Notes: a model not told the origin generated them from the letters alone. A stretch of 64,000 nucleotides of DNA from a bacterium (GCA_963674595.2 CAXXFV010000014.1:1-64000), one strand, 5' to 3'. Numbered from the stretch's first letter, positions 1-11,400 are shown. Program-made: numbers and translations.

Positions 1-26
1 GAATAAAGTGTAAAACCATAGTGTTT

Positions 27-63
27 AAAAATCCCAAAGGTAAAATTGCCTTTGGGATTTTTT
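27..63 (+). terminator. Rho-independent terminator of an upstream gene (possibly bidirectional)
   Basis: AAAAATCCCAAAGG-taaaattg-CCTTTGGGATTTTTT inverted repeat with T-tract. Confidence 0.75.
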
Positions 64-205
64 GTTTAATAAAGCAATACATTTTACTTGATGCGGGGAA
101 CCAATTCAGTCATTGTTCGTTTCAACTCTAATCACCAGGATGAATATTAATTGCGGCAATTAAACAAGCGAATCCACCGACTGGTTTTGTTCGAAAGAGG
201 AAAAT

Positions 206-1018
206 ATGCAGAAAAATTATATCCACGGTTATTCACAAAAGGAAAATACCCGTCTGGAAGACCAGGCGTCTACACTTACAGAGCTATTACACGCGGACAC
301 TCTTTTTTCAAATGGCGGGCATGTTCTGGAAGCCGGTTGCGGTGTCGGTTCGCAAACAGTCACAATTGCTTCCAAGAATCCGCATGCCCGGATTACATCG
401 ATTGATATTTCAGAAACATCCATTAAACAGGCACAGGAAAAAACCAGGGCAGAAGGAATCACAAACGTTCAGTTTCGTCAGGCCGATATCATGGACCTGC
501 CGTTTCCGGATGAAACGTTTGATCATATCTTTGTTTGTTTTGTGCTGGAACATCTGCCTGATCCGGTAAAAGCATTAAATTGTCTGTATAAAAAATTAAA
601 ATCCGGCGGCAGGATAATGGTTATCGAAGGAGACCACGGTTCTACTTATTTTTATCCCCACAGTGAACCGGCTCATAAAGCCATTCAATGCCAGGTAGAA
701 CTTCAGGCCCGTTCCGGAGGCAATGCATTAATCGGTCGTGAACTCTATCCCCTGTTACAAAAATCCGGATGGCAAGATATTCATGTATCGCCGCGTATGG
801 TCTATGTGGATGCCGGACATCCGAAACTGGTGGATGGTTTTACAAAAAAAACATTTACAGCTATGATCGAACAGGTTAGAGATCAGGCCCTGCAGCATAA
901 ACTGATTGAACCGGACGTTTTTGACCAGGGGATCAAAGACCTGTACCGAACGACCCAACCGGATGGTGTATTTTGTTATACGTTTTTCAAGGCCTTTGCC
1001 GTGAAGAAAAATTTATAA
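206..1018 (+). CDS. Class I SAM-dependent methyltransferase
   Basis: VLEAGCGVG motif I, DLPFPDETFD, FVLEHL; GAGG RBS upstream. Confidence 0.9.
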   Translation: MQKNYIHGYSQKENTRLEDQASTLTELLHADTLFSNGGHVLEAGCGVGSQTVTIASKNPHARITSIDISETSIKQAQEKTRAEGITNVQFRQADIMDLPFPDETFDHIFVCFVLEHLPDPVKALNCLYKKLKSGGRIMVIEGDHGSTYFYPHSEPAHKAIQCQVELQARSGGNALIGRELYPLLQKSGWQDIHVSPRMVYVDAGHPKLVDGFTKKTFTAMIEQVRDQALQHKLIEPDVFDQGIKDLYRTTQPDGVFCYTFFKAFAVKKNL

Positions 1019-1055
1019 AATTTTAATTCTTGACAGGTTTTATCACACAAAAACA

Positions 1056-3023
1056 TTAGTTGGGTTGCGGCTGAACTATTTTCTGAAATTCAGCCAATTG
1101 AGAAGCATCACCCAAAACTGCGACCAGATCACCGAGAGCAAAACGTTCATCTACCTCGGGATTTGGGCGTAACAGACCATCGCGAATAACACCAACCACG
1201 GACGCACCGGTATGGGTACGAATAGCCAATTCACCGATGGTCTTGCCGATAAAAGGACTGTCTGCACAAATACCGACCCACGTTAATTCCAAAATATGTT
1301 TAGCACCCTGTAAAGCAGCCAGGGTTTCGTAACGTTTGTGTTGTTCATACAGCGGTGCATACAGCTCTTTACGTATCTTGTCCGTAAACTGCTGTATCTC
1401 ACTCATGGCAATCCCCAGGTGCATCAACACCTGACGGGTAATTTCCAAACCTGCCTCAAATTCCGGCTGAACGACATGATACAAACCATGTTCATGCAGC
1501 GTTTTCAACTGCTGAATACCTTCTGCTCTTGCTACAATATGGACCGTAGGTTTTATCCTTCTTACCTGGTCGACAATTGTTTGGGTAACAACAATAGAGG
1601 GGATTACCACAAGAATAAGACGTGCCTGTTCAATTTTAGCGGCCTTTAAAACAACCTCCTGACCGGCATCGCCATAAATAACGGGAAATTTTTCATTTTT
1701 CGCCTGTTCAACACGATGAGAGTTTAGTTCGATCATGACAAACTCTAAATTCAAACGTTGCAGCACTTGAGCGACATAGGAACCGACTCTGCCGCCTCCT
1801 GCTATAATAACATGATCCTGCAATCCGGACTTGGGAAGATTGATGGTTTGAATGGGCTCATGCCGGAACCATCGTTTTCTTAGCGCATAAATCGGCGTTG
1901 TTAATCCGGAAACCAACGGTGTGAGCACCATTGTAATAATGGCGGTATTGAGTACCAGCGAATATAAATCCTTGCTGATCGATTCAGTAGCCAGCCCGAT
2001 ACGAGCGAGGACAAAAGAAAATTCACCCACCTGAAACAGCCCCAAACCAACAGCCAACGGCACAACATTTCGATAACGAAAAACCGGCGCCAGCACACCA
2101 AAAATTGCAGCCTTGCCAACGGAAATGAGCAGTACAGTCAAAAGGACCGTTTGCCAGTGGGAAAACAAAAATACAGGATCAAATAACATACCGACTGAAA
2201 CGAAAAATAAAAGAGCAAACATATCACGAAGTGGGATAATTTCACTCAGGGCCTGGTGTCCGTACTCTGATTCATTCAACACCAAACCGGCAACAAACGC
2301 TCCAAACGCATACGAAAGACCAACCAGATAAGTGGCATACCCCACACCCAGACCGATTGCCGTTACCGCTAAAAGGAACAGCTCCCGTGAATTCCAGCCG
2401 GCAATATAGGTCATAAGACGAGGAATGACACGTGTTCCTAAAAAAATCATGATAACAAGAAAAACAGCCGCTCGCAGAAAAGCCATTCCCAAAAGCGGCA
2501 AGCCGGTTTGCGGATTATTTAGCTGGGGCAATATCACCATCATCGGCACAATAGCCAGGTCCTGAACAATAAGCATACCGATCATCACCCGGCTGGAAAG
2601 CGTGCCCAATCTGCCCTGGCTCATCAGTGTTTTTAAAAGCACCATCGTGCTGGAGAGCGATACCAGCGCACCAAGCCACAAAGAATGGATCGGACTGAAG
2701 CATAAATATCGACCGATAACATACCCATAAGTAATGGTCAATAAAAGTTGTATCGGTGTGCCGATAAGCGCTATTTTTCGTACCGGTTTTAAATCTTTGA
2801 GAGAAAATTCAAGTCCCAGTGCAAACAATAACAGAGCTACACCTATTTCTGCCAGTAATTCTATATCATGGACTTTGGTTATGGTAATAACACCCGTATA
2901 AGGTCCAACTGCAATGCCGGCCAGAATATAACCTAAAATCAGGGGTTGTTTCAACTGTTGTGCAATCAAACCGCCAATCAATCCGGCAACAACAATAATT
3001 GAAATATCAGCAGCTATGCCCAT
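1056..3023 (-). CDS. CPA2/Kef-type cation:proton antiporter with TrkA-N (KTN) and TrkA-C domains
   Basis: Multi-TM N-terminal part with LLLFALGLE and LIVQD; GGGRVG Rossmann motif, YGDA; C-terminal RCK_C. Confidence 0.92.
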   Translation of the reverse strand: MGIAADISIIVVAGLIGGLIAQQLKQPLILGYILAGIAVGPYTGVITITKVHDIELLAEIGVALLLFALGLEFSLKDLKPVRKIALIGTPIQLLLTITYGYVIGRYLCFSPIHSLWLGALVSLSSTMVLLKTLMSQGRLGTLSSRVMIGMLIVQDLAIVPMMVILPQLNNPQTGLPLLGMAFLRAAVFLVIMIFLGTRVIPRLMTYIAGWNSRELFLLAVTAIGLGVGYATYLVGLSYAFGAFVAGLVLNESEYGHQALSEIIPLRDMFALLFFVSVGMLFDPVFLFSHWQTVLLTVLLISVGKAAIFGVLAPVFRYRNVVPLAVGLGLFQVGEFSFVLARIGLATESISKDLYSLVLNTAIITMVLTPLVSGLTTPIYALRKRWFRHEPIQTINLPKSGLQDHVIIAGGGRVGSYVAQVLQRLNLEFVMIELNSHRVEQAKNEKFPVIYGDAGQEVVLKAAKIEQARLILVVIPSIVVTQTIVDQVRRIKPTVHIVARAEGIQQLKTLHEHGLYHVVQPEFEAGLEITRQVLMHLGIAMSEIQQFTDKIRKELYAPLYEQHKRYETLAALQGAKHILELTWVGICADSPFIGKTIGELAIRTHTGASVVGVIRDGLLRPNPEVDERFALGDLVAVLGDASQLAEFQKIVQPQPN

Positions 3024-3061
3024 AATTTTCTTTCAATCTCTTGACAAAAACCAAAAATATT

Positions 3062-4202
3062 TTATTTAGGAAACCGGCTGACAATATTTCTTAATGAAAC
3101 AGTTGGTGAATGCGAATTGCCGGTAATAAGATCATTTTCCATAAACGTTTGCCATTAAAATCTCCCTGGCATCGGTCCTGGAATGATCATAAATAATATG
3201 AATCTTGCCATCCGGCGTTTGCTGGCCATCCGGATAGGAAACGCCGGTCCGCTCATCTAAAAGCAAGCCATCGGACCAGGTTTGACCATCATCTTTGGAA
3301 ATATAAGCCGTCAAAAAGGAGCGATCTATCCTTTCTGCAATCGGTCCGTGTTTAACCAAAAGTAAATTCCCGGAATTGAGACGCCGGATAAAAAAACGTG
3401 CAGACGGATGTTGAATGGATGAAGAGTCTAACGCACTCCAGGTTTCACCACGGTCCGTTGAAAAACTTGTACCGATACCATAAGCTGTACGCACCAGCAT
3501 CCAAAGAGAATTGTCACTTTTTTCAACAATCATGTGTTCGTCATAATTTCTATCATTTACAGGAATATGGCATGCTCCCCGCAGGATCAGCGTTTTGCCC
3601 TTATCCTCAGATACCATAACTTTAGCGCTGTTGTCTGTCTTTCTCCAGGTAGAGACAGGGAAAATCCACTCGCCTGAAGATAAAACCGTTGGTTTGCACA
3701 TCATAACTCCATCGCACAAACGTCTTGGCTGCGACCAACCGGAGCCGTCCTTGTCCGGTTCATCATTCGTCATGGTCCAAACACCGGCTATTGTACCATC
3801 ATGCCCGATTGATTGTGCCCAAAATGCCCAAAGTGTCCCTTGAGGATCAAGCCACAATTCCGGGTCAAAAGCCCGAACAGGGCCGCCGGCATCGGGATCA
3901 ACAACCAAAGTTTCCTTCCAGGTTTTGCCGTCATCTCCGCTTGTGGATATAACAACATAATTATTTTGGTCTTCTTTTGGTGTAATTCCGGCATACCAGA
4001 TTGCCCATAGGCGCCCTCCCGGACTGACAGCTAAACTGGGAATACCCTGAAATTGCCGGTCTTTTAAAGCATGAGTTGCATCAGCTTTTCCTGCAAACCG
4101 GGGTGGCTTTAAAAAAGCTTTTTCATCTACAGAGCTGCACATAATAAAAGCTAAAGTTAAAAGAGGCATTAAAAACTTGAAACAGCTTATTAATCGAACC
4201 AT
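3062..4202 (-). CDS. Sialidase-like (BNR/Asp-box) secreted beta-propeller; apparent +1 frameshift near 3149
   Basis: FQGIP, repeated SxDxGxTW Asp-boxes, SYPD. Removing one A in GCAAACG restores the C-terminus ATFMENDLITG...RNIVSRFPK* ending at 3062. Start chosen at the ATG after a GGAGAG RBS. Confidence 0.8.
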
Positions 4203-4559
4203 TATTCTCTCCATATTATAAATGCTGTAAACCATAAATATTAAAAATTGTTATACAGACCTTTTTTGAATATTTGTTCATGTTTTCAAAAAAACTTTTC
4301 TTGTATTTAAAACAAAGGATGAGTAATTTCCGCAACGCAAAAATTTATATTATGATTGTTTATCTTTATTAAAATACAAATAAATTAAAATCATTACCAA
4401 TATTTTATACAACACGGAACCAGACAGAAACAAAGTAAAATATCACCAAGATTTCAAGTTATATTTGACACGAATGCGAACACCTCCCCGGCGCTCCCAG
4501 CTTTGTATTAAAAACCAAAAAAGTATCAAATTTTTCCGATAACACACCTGGCAAACAAA

Positions 4560-5672
4560 ATGAAAAGATCACTCATGATTTTCGAATATTTAAAAAATAA
4601 AAATTTGAATAGTATTTCATTTAGTTGGGAACAAACAAGGCAAATTTCGTATATAATATTATTATTAGCAACTATTTTATACAGCCGGCCGCCCTATAAT
4701 CATTACAGGTTTGAACGCATTTCCGAAAAACCTGTACTGGATTTGTCCCCGGCACATGTCCGAATGACCGCCTGTTACCAGGACCGAAAAGGCAATTACC
4801 ATCTTTTCGTGGATTACATCCCAGCCGTGCAAAATACAATACATTCCTGGTCAGCGGAAATTCTCTATTTTGTGAGTTCGGATTTAAAATCCTGGGATTT
4901 GGTTGAAACAGTCGTTAAACGTGGAGATAAAGACAGTTCTTTTTGTGATTCCTATGGAGCCGCCAGTCCCGGCATTTTGGTGACACATAATAAGGTTTTA
5001 TTGTTTTATGCCGGAAGGCAATGCGGGCGCGCTGTAAATCAGGGTAATCCTTTGGTTTGTGAGGATGTCCCGGAAAAAATAAGCAGCCGGATATGCCTGG
5101 CAACAGCAGATACGGATTCCAATGGTGTTCCTGTTTCTTCTTTTCAAAAAAAAGGACAAATTCTATTCTCAGAAGAAAACGATTGGGACGCCTGCCGTCA
5201 GGATGATCCGTCACCCATTATTAAAGGCAATGAAATATGGTTATATTTTAAAGGTTTTAATGTCCGACAGGGTGATTCCATTCGTGTTGGACTTGCCAAA
5301 GCCGATTTGCAGGATATGATATTTCACAAAGCATTACGACCCGTTATTAATATACCGGGTGGAGTGGAGATGCCTCGTGTTTTTTGGACTGAGAACTCTG
5401 AATCTTTTGGCATGTTTATACGATATTTTCAGCCTAAAGAAAATTCCATCTGGCAGTCACTTATTTCCCAGGACGGAACAAGCTGGGTGTCAGACCAAAC
5501 TGATCTTTTTAACACCATAACACCGGGAAAAGGTGCTGCCGATATGGCCCCTGTTTACACAATGGATGGCAAGCTCGCACAACCTTATCGCGCTTTGGCA
5601 ACCGGTGGAGAGAATGGTGTTTTAAAAATATGGGCTTTAAGAATGATTCCGGAAGAATCATTACAGGAGTAG
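4560..5672 (+). CDS. Five-bladed beta-propeller glycoside hydrolase-like protein (GH117/GH43/GH32-like)
   Basis: WDxxRQDDPS...IWLYFKG, SxDLxxW and GLAxA blade motifs; N-terminal hydrophobic segment; start uncertain. Confidence 0.6.
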   Translation: MKRSLMIFEYLKNKNLNSISFSWEQTRQISYIILLLATILYSRPPYNHYRFERISEKPVLDLSPAHVRMTACYQDRKGNYHLFVDYIPAVQNTIHSWSAEILYFVSSDLKSWDLVETVVKRGDKDSSFCDSYGAASPGILVTHNKVLLFYAGRQCGRAVNQGNPLVCEDVPEKISSRICLATADTDSNGVPVSSFQKKGQILFSEENDWDACRQDDPSPIIKGNEIWLYFKGFNVRQGDSIRVGLAKADLQDMIFHKALRPVINIPGGVEMPRVFWTENSESFGMFIRYFQPKENSIWQSLISQDGTSWVSDQTDLFNTITPGKGAADMAPVYTMDGKLAQPYRALATGGENGVLKIWALRMIPEESLQE

Positions 5673-5846
5673 AAAACAGAAAGCTAAAATATATCCCGGT
5701 AATCAAGTTACATAAATAATACCTTTTCAATCCTTTTATATCCTAATTTTTATATCACCGGTGTCACAAATCTAAACAGGTAATAACCAACAGGGATTAT
5801 TATATATATTTAAAATTCATTATCTAACCATAGGAAATTAAAATAC

Positions 5847-6932
5847 TTGAAAAAATACAGCCATCTCTTAACTTATATTATCACTATACTGATTACGTTA
5901 TCAAATAATATTCAAGCGAAAGAAAATTTCTTTTATCACGGATATAATTATGGTAGTGAAGCCATTGTCAATCCAATACGGCTTATATTAAATGGCGGTT
6001 ATGGAATTATGCAAATGGACAACCGGGACAATGATCCGACAAATGTCCATTACAAAACAGGGGTAAAAAATGTATGGCGGAATCTCAGCAATCCTTTTAA
6101 GGCAATTGATCAGGAAGGTTGGGAAGAATTCCTTATGACCCAGGTTGTACCGATCAGCATCAACCGGCATAAAGCCTATTACTGGCCCAACTATACCCAA
6201 CATTTGGTAGGCGGTGGCATGAGCTATCGTATGATGATTGAGTGGTTTGATTATTATAATTTTAGATTTCCAAAAGTCAGAGCGTTTTTTACGTTAACCT
6301 ATTACCATCTTTTAAATGAAGTTGTTGAAAATAGTAATTATGAAGGTTATAATACGGATCCGATTGCGGATATTTACATTTTTAATCCCCTGGGAATGAT
6401 TCTATTCAGCAACGATGCAATAGCCCGATTTTTCAGTCATACGTTAAATATGCGGGACTGGTCCTACCAAATATCTTATGATCCGGAAAACCGGCTTATT
6501 GAAAATAACGGCCAGAATTTTGTTATGAAATATTTTTTTACAAAAAAGAAAAATATTGCTCTTTTTTATCATTACGGTACACACGGCGAATTTGGTTTGT
6601 CCTTTAAACGACCGGACGGGACGTGCTGGTCTTTTGGGGGTGGATTTGTAGCAAAAAAACTGGTTGATATGAGTACGCGTAACGATGTTCGTGAATTAAC
6701 AGCCGATTTGGTACCCACGGCAGGAATTTTTTATGACAAAAATAATTCCTTACTTACATCTTTGATTTACTCAAACACGCAGGATTATCTGTTACGTTTG
6801 AATATATATCCCGGTTTGGTTAACTTTTGGAAATTATCACCGGGATTCTATATGACTTTAAATCAAGAAAAGAAACCAAGCTTTGGTATCAATTTTGTCT
6901 TTTTACCAATCGGATTCGGCAGAGTATTATAA
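5847..6932 (+). CDS. Hypothetical exported protein, probably outer membrane
   Basis: Signal peptide (IQA-KE); helical N-terminal half, amphipathic beta-strand C-terminal half; TTG start with AGGA RBS. Confidence 0.6.
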   Translation: MKKYSHLLTYIITILITLSNNIQAKENFFYHGYNYGSEAIVNPIRLILNGGYGIMQMDNRDNDPTNVHYKTGVKNVWRNLSNPFKAIDQEGWEEFLMTQVVPISINRHKAYYWPNYTQHLVGGGMSYRMMIEWFDYYNFRFPKVRAFFTLTYYHLLNEVVENSNYEGYNTDPIADIYIFNPLGMILFSNDAIARFFSHTLNMRDWSYQISYDPENRLIENNGQNFVMKYFFTKKKNIALFYHYGTHGEFGLSFKRPDGTCWSFGGGFVAKKLVDMSTRNDVRELTADLVPTAGIFYDKNNSLLTSLIYSNTQDYLLRLNIYPGLVNFWKLSPGFYMTLNQEKKPSFGINFVFLPIGFGRVL

Positions 6933-6979
6933 ACCAAACAGACGAGTTTTCTGTAAAAACAACACTTGTCTGTTTGGTT
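6932..6979. terminator. Hairpin between convergent genes
   Basis: AACCAAACAGACGAGT ... ACTTGTCTGTTTGGTT stem starting at the stop codon. Confidence 0.55.
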
Positions 6980-7042
6980 ATGTAAATATAAAATCAAAAT
7001 TACAGACAGATAAAATTCGTTCATCCAATATTATCAGGCGGT

Positions 7043-7474
7043 TTATTCAACACCTGATTTTTTGACCCAAATTTCTTCCAAATAAAGATCATCAACCTTG
7101 GTTTTTATGATCCACTGGTTGCCGTCAAATTCGGATTGGAATTCCAGATTCTGACCAATTTTTGAAGGAATGTTTGATGCCTCATAATGTTCCGTGTAAA
7201 CAGAATCATTTAAACTATAAGTTCCCACAGTCGCAAAAAACAGAGAATCAGGATTTTGTTTACACATTTCAATAACGGCAAAATGGTCCTGACTGATGAG
7301 TTTGTAACAAATTTTATTTTTATCATCACAACGGGTGGAAAAATCCGGACCATTATATAACCCTAATTGCATTTTCCACGTACCACACAATGCCGGCGCC
7401 TTTTCCCTTTGACACTGTACAAAGGTCAATAAAGCCAGACAAATAAGAATAAATATTAATTTTGAAATATTCAT
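7043..7474 (-). CDS. Small lipoprotein, lipocalin-like beta-barrel
   Basis: Signal peptide with Cys (FVQC), LCGTWK, GTY and terminal EEIW motifs; AAGGAG RBS. Confidence 0.7.
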   Translation of the reverse strand: MNISKLIFILICLALLTFVQCQREKAPALCGTWKMQLGLYNGPDFSTRCDDKNKICYKLISQDHFAVIEMCKQNPDSLFFATVGTYSLNDSVYTEHYEASNIPSKIGQNLEFQSEFDGNQWIIKTKVDDLYLEEIWVKKSGVE

Positions 7475-7570
7475 AGCGCTCTCCTTATAAATAGTTCAAT
7501 ATCAGATAAAGCGCCATTCCAAACCGGTGAGGAACATAAATCCAGTAGAGTTCAGAGGAAGGTCTAATAT

Positions 7571-7599
7571 ATTCTATGGAAAATAGTGACAGATGTCAA
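7571..7599 (-). promoter_or_regulatory. Sigma70-type promoter for the lipoprotein gene
   Basis: TTGACA-17 nt-TAGAAT on the minus strand. Confidence 0.7.
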
Positions 7600-7627
7600 G
7601 TACAATTTAATATTTTTAACGGTATAT

Positions 7628-8611
7628 CTATATTTTAAGTAACAACGGAGTAATATCGGTTAAAGAATTTAATAACGGAATGATTTGTTGTGAATTTTTC
7701 CCAAATATCAATGTCATGGCCGGATTTCTGGTATGTCCCTTGACTGAAAGGTCTTCGATATTACCGTGATCGGAAGTAACAAGAACAAGTGTTTTATTCA
7801 AATCAACCGTTTTTAAAACGGATTTTAAAAATCTTTCAAGCTTAATTAATTGTCCGACGGCTCTCTCCATATTACGGGCATGTCCGGCCTTATCAGTTTG
7901 AAAATATTCAAACAAACTAAAGCGATACTGCTGAGATTGTTTTCCAATTATTTCACCTGCTTTTTCAGGGGTAAATAGCGGCGCATCAAAACCTTTTTCC
8001 AGCAGGGCCTGGTTGGTAATATCCTGGTAAACGGCTTTTTCCTCCCAAATATCTTTTACATCAAAAAAAGAGAGTCCCGCATACAAGTTGGAAACTGTTG
8101 TCACAGAGAGATGTCGAATAATTTCAAACGGATCATAGTCAAAAAACGGCGGGCGAAAACTATTTAAAAAAACCGCCTTTTCCCCTTTCTCAACAAACTT
8201 TTTAAAAATCGAGTGTTCAGCTATAATTTCCCGTAGTTTGGCGTTAGGAAACCCGTTTAAATGCCGTCCCAGTTTCTGAGATGCATTTATGCCTGTCAAT
8301 AAAGCAGTCTGGCCGGTCGCACTTTGAGGTAATCCTGCCATCCCAAGACAAGCATCAATTCCCCAGGCCTTGCCGTCAAAAGGGACGGAAACAGGAAAAT
8401 TCTGTTTCAAATCAAGATTAAAAAATTCCAGCTCTGGATGTACACACGGATTTATTTCACAATCCGCATGGCCAATGCCCAAACCATCAATAAATAATAA
8501 CAGGATATGTTTTATCCAGGGTAGTTTATGTTTTGCTGAATTTTGCAATTTCGGGGACAAGGCATTTAAAAGCTGATCATTTTCAATATATAGAGTGGAT
8601 TTTCGCGCCAC
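7628..8611 (-). CDS. Alkaline-phosphatase-superfamily metalloenzyme (phosphoglycerate mutase/phosphopentomutase-like)
   Basis: FIDGLG, PQSATGQT, TDKAGH, TSDHGN and HTRNP metal-site motifs; true start probably downstream (e.g. TTG at 8560). Confidence 0.8.
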   Translation of the reverse strand: MARKSTLYIENDQLLNALSPKLQNSAKHKLPWIKHILLLFIDGLGIGHADCEINPCVHPELEFFNLDLKQNFPVSVPFDGKAWGIDACLGMAGLPQSATGQTALLTGINASQKLGRHLNGFPNAKLREIIAEHSIFKKFVEKGEKAVFLNSFRPPFFDYDPFEIIRHLSVTTVSNLYAGLSFFDVKDIWEEKAVYQDITNQALLEKGFDAPLFTPEKAGEIIGKQSQQYRFSLFEYFQTDKAGHARNMERAVGQLIKLERFLKSVLKTVDLNKTLVLVTSDHGNIEDLSVKGHTRNPAMTLIFGKNSQQIIPLLNSLTDITPLLLKI

Positions 8612-9971
8612 GATAATAATGCTCCAAAATCTCTGTAAAAGATGCTCCCTGCTGAGCCATCATGCCTGCTCCAATCTGGCACATGCCGACGCCATGCCCC
8701 CATCCGGCTCCATAAATAAAATATACATCTCCAAAATCTATGGTGCTCTTTTGTTTTTCGATGAAAAAACAGGCGCTATACAATGTTGACTCGGATAATG
8801 TTTGCCTGATTTTTAATTCTTTTTTAACAGTTATGGCCTGCTGAGTGCCTTTTATTAAAATTTCCTGTAAACGACCGGAGCAGCCCCGCTTTACCGGAAC
8901 AATATCGATTAATTTTCCGATATTTTTTCCGGTCTTTTTTATGATTATATTTTGCAGCTCTTGCTGCGTATATTTTACCTGCCACCGAAAGTATTTTTGA
9001 CTGTATGCGGCAAAGTCGGGTACCGGATTTGAAACATGACAATAAACATTCGGATAACTTTTAATCCAGGCCTTTACATTTTCTTCTCGTGTCAGGTCAT
9101 AAGCCTCTGAAGTAATATCAAATTTTGTATCAAAAACACCTTTTAAATAGGACTCTGGTACGCCATCCCAGACGTTTTCAACATTCTCAGTATGTCCTCC
9201 GCAAACAGCGGAATATGGTGTGGAACAGAGGGTTCCCTCCGCAGACATGAGTACAAGTCCATCAGTTTCATTAACAGCTTTTTTTATCTTATCCGTCACA
9301 TTGGCAACACCCTTAAAAACCTGACAATGAACATCATCACAAACATCAAAGGGATCCTTTTTGTGAACAGATTCGATTTTCGACAACAAAAAAGTCCTGG
9401 CCGCCACAGCCTGGGCTTTAAGGGCTTCGAGGGGAAACGATGACGACATTTCACCGGGCAGCACGCCCTGTAAATATTCATTTATAGTAATTTCATTAAC
9501 AACAATCAATCCATTATTGGATGAAAGCAAAAATTCCAGTTCACCGGAATAGGAACGGTTTTCCTGTCGGGAATAATGAAATCCCTGCCCAACCTGAATA
9601 CCCTTAACATGAACAACAGAACCGGCCAGACGAAATCCATCAGCAATGACATATTCTTTTCCGGATTCCGATTTAAGAAGCATCATTTTTTGAACTTTTG
9701 TACCACTGCCATAGCGGGAAATTTCATTCTGATCAGGTACCTTTGGAGAAACATGGTACAATTGTCCTCCTTTAATCTGAAAAGAACGGCCCTTGTTCGG
9801 ATAAACCCGAACATCATTCTCTATGGAAAATTTAAGCGCTGATTCGCCGTTGACAATGCCGACACGTACAAAAAAACCTTTTTTCTCCGGCGCTCTATGA
9901 GGAACTCCGGCACAGGACATAAAAAGCACCAACAAAACAACCGATAAACCGGCACGTGTAAACCGACACAT
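8583..9971 (-). CDS. SpoIID/LytB-domain lytic transglycosylase (lipoprotein)
   Basis: YLQGVLPGEM, EALKAQAVAART, CQVF, GWGHGVGMCQ; lipobox FMSC. Confidence 0.9.
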   Translation of the reverse strand: MCRFTRAGLSVVLLVLFMSCAGVPHRAPEKKGFFVRVGIVNGESALKFSIENDVRVYPNKGRSFQIKGGQLYHVSPKVPDQNEISRYGSGTKVQKMMLLKSESGKEYVIADGFRLAGSVVHVKGIQVGQGFHYSRQENRSYSGELEFLLSSNNGLIVVNEITINEYLQGVLPGEMSSSFPLEALKAQAVAARTFLLSKIESVHKKDPFDVCDDVHCQVFKGVANVTDKIKKAVNETDGLVLMSAEGTLCSTPYSAVCGGHTENVENVWDGVPESYLKGVFDTKFDITSEAYDLTREENVKAWIKSYPNVYCHVSNPVPDFAAYSQKYFRWQVKYTQQELQNIIIKKTGKNIGKLIDIVPVKRGCSGRLQEILIKGTQQAITVKKELKIRQTLSESTLYSACFFIEKQKSTIDFGDVYFIYGAGWGHGVGMCQIGAGMMAQQGASFTEILEHYYRGAKIHSIY

Positions 9972-10029
9972 TTTGATATAAAAAAACGCGAATAATTTCG
10001 CGTTAGTATTTTCATGTTGAATTTGCATT

Positions 10030-10926
10030 TTACTCGTAACCAAACTCTTTTAAAAAAATGTCCTTTTTTCGCCATTTATCCCTTACAGCAACCCACAATT
10101 CCAGAAAAACGGGCCGATCCAGAAAATTTTCAATATCCTGACGGGCCAGTTGTCCGATATTTTTCAGGGCCTTACCTCCCTTGCCGATGATAATTCCTTT
10201 TTGGGACTGGCGTTCTACAACGATTCGGGCCTTAATAACGTCCTTGCGCCCTTTTTTTTCAATAAACTCGTCTATAACAACCGCAGTTGAATAGGGTATT
10301 TCATCACCATAATTTTGAAATATTTTTTCCCGAATGATTTCACTGACAAAAAACCGTTCCGGGTGCTCGGTAACCAGGTCATGCGGATAAAAAGGCATGC
10401 CAGCCGGCAACGTATTTACAATTACTTTTTTCAGTTCCTGTACATTTTCGCCGTCAAGTGCTGAGACAGGTATAATGTCAACAAAATTATAACTTTTATG
10501 GTACAAATCAATAAGAGGTAACAGCTTTTCTTTTGATAGCAGATCAATCTTGTTAAGAACAAGTATGACAGGTTTATTAATTTGTTCTAAAATTTTCAAT
10601 ATTTCATAATCTTTATCGCCCGGCTTTTTAGTAGCATCGACAAGAAAAAGATTAACATCCGCATCATTACCTGCTGAAACAGCGGTTTTAACCATTATTT
10701 GCTGAAGTTTATAGGCCGGGTCCATTATTCCCGGGGTGTCCAGAAAAATTATTTGAAAATTTTCTTCCGAAAGGATGCCCAAAATTCGGTGCCGTGTTGT
10801 TTGTGGTTTTGGCGTGGTAATGGACAGTTGGAAATCCAACATGTTATTAGTCAGGGTTGATTTTCCGACATTTGGCTGTCCGATAACCGCGACGTATCCT
10901 GCTTTATAAACTGCGGGATTTGTCAT
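10030..10926 (-). CDS. era: GTPase Era
   Basis: GQPNVGKS, DTPG, NKID, VSA and a C-terminal KH domain. Confidence 0.97.
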   Translation of the reverse strand: MTNPAVYKAGYVAVIGQPNVGKSTLTNNMLDFQLSITTPKPQTTRHRILGILSEENFQIIFLDTPGIMDPAYKLQQIMVKTAVSAGNDADVNLFLVDATKKPGDKDYEILKILEQINKPVILVLNKIDLLSKEKLLPLIDLYHKSYNFVDIIPVSALDGENVQELKKVIVNTLPAGMPFYPHDLVTEHPERFFVSEIIREKIFQNYGDEIPYSTAVVIDEFIEKKGRKDVIKARIVVERQSQKGIIIGKGGKALKNIGQLARQDIENFLDRPVFLELWVAVRDKWRKKDIFLKEFGYE

Positions 10927-10940
10927 ATATAAATAATCTC

Positions 10941-11396
10941 CTAAAGAAAAGCGTCAAGCGAATGATCGTCGTAAAGACGTTTCAACAGCTCTTCACCGTC
11001 AACAAATTTTAAATTATGAAACTGGCATCCGTCCCGCAAACAGCCTTCCACAATACCACCATGAGGCAAATATATAGCGAACATGGGGGCTGAACAGACA
11101 TTGCACGTCTGCCCTTCATCTGTAAGAGAAACATGGCAATGAGGGCAAAAAAACTGAACCACAACACCGTTCGGCAATTGAATTTCCGGATGGTTTTTAT
11201 AACTTCCGTAAATCGGGTCCAGGTGGATGGGTCCCTCATAATCTTCATATTTTGCCAAAACAGTAATAGAGGGGTATCCGTTGATTTTATTTTCCGGGTC
11301 CATCAAACTGTGGCCGTTTGGGCAGTTTGCATGTTGAATTCGGAGGGCCTTGCTGGGCACTTCAATCTCAACAACCTCTTTCTTTTTGTTTTTCAT
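10941..11396 (-). CDS. Hypothetical Cys/His-rich putative metal-binding protein
   Basis: CPNGH, CPHC, CNVC, CLRDGC-xx-H; GAGGTG RBS before MKNKKK. Confidence 0.7.
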   Translation of the reverse strand: MKNKKKEVVEIEVPSKALRIQHANCPNGHSLMDPENKINGYPSITVLAKYEDYEGPIHLDPIYGSYKNHPEIQLPNGVVVQFFCPHCHVSLTDEGQTCNVCSAPMFAIYLPHGGIVEGCLRDGCQFHNLKFVDGEELLKRLYDDHSLDAFL

Positions 11397-11400
11397 ATTC

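Noticed and set aside
64-205. Possible SAM riboswitch ahead of the methyltransferase
   Set aside because: Only a short palindrome (TAATTGCGGCAATTA); no recognisable riboswitch consensus.
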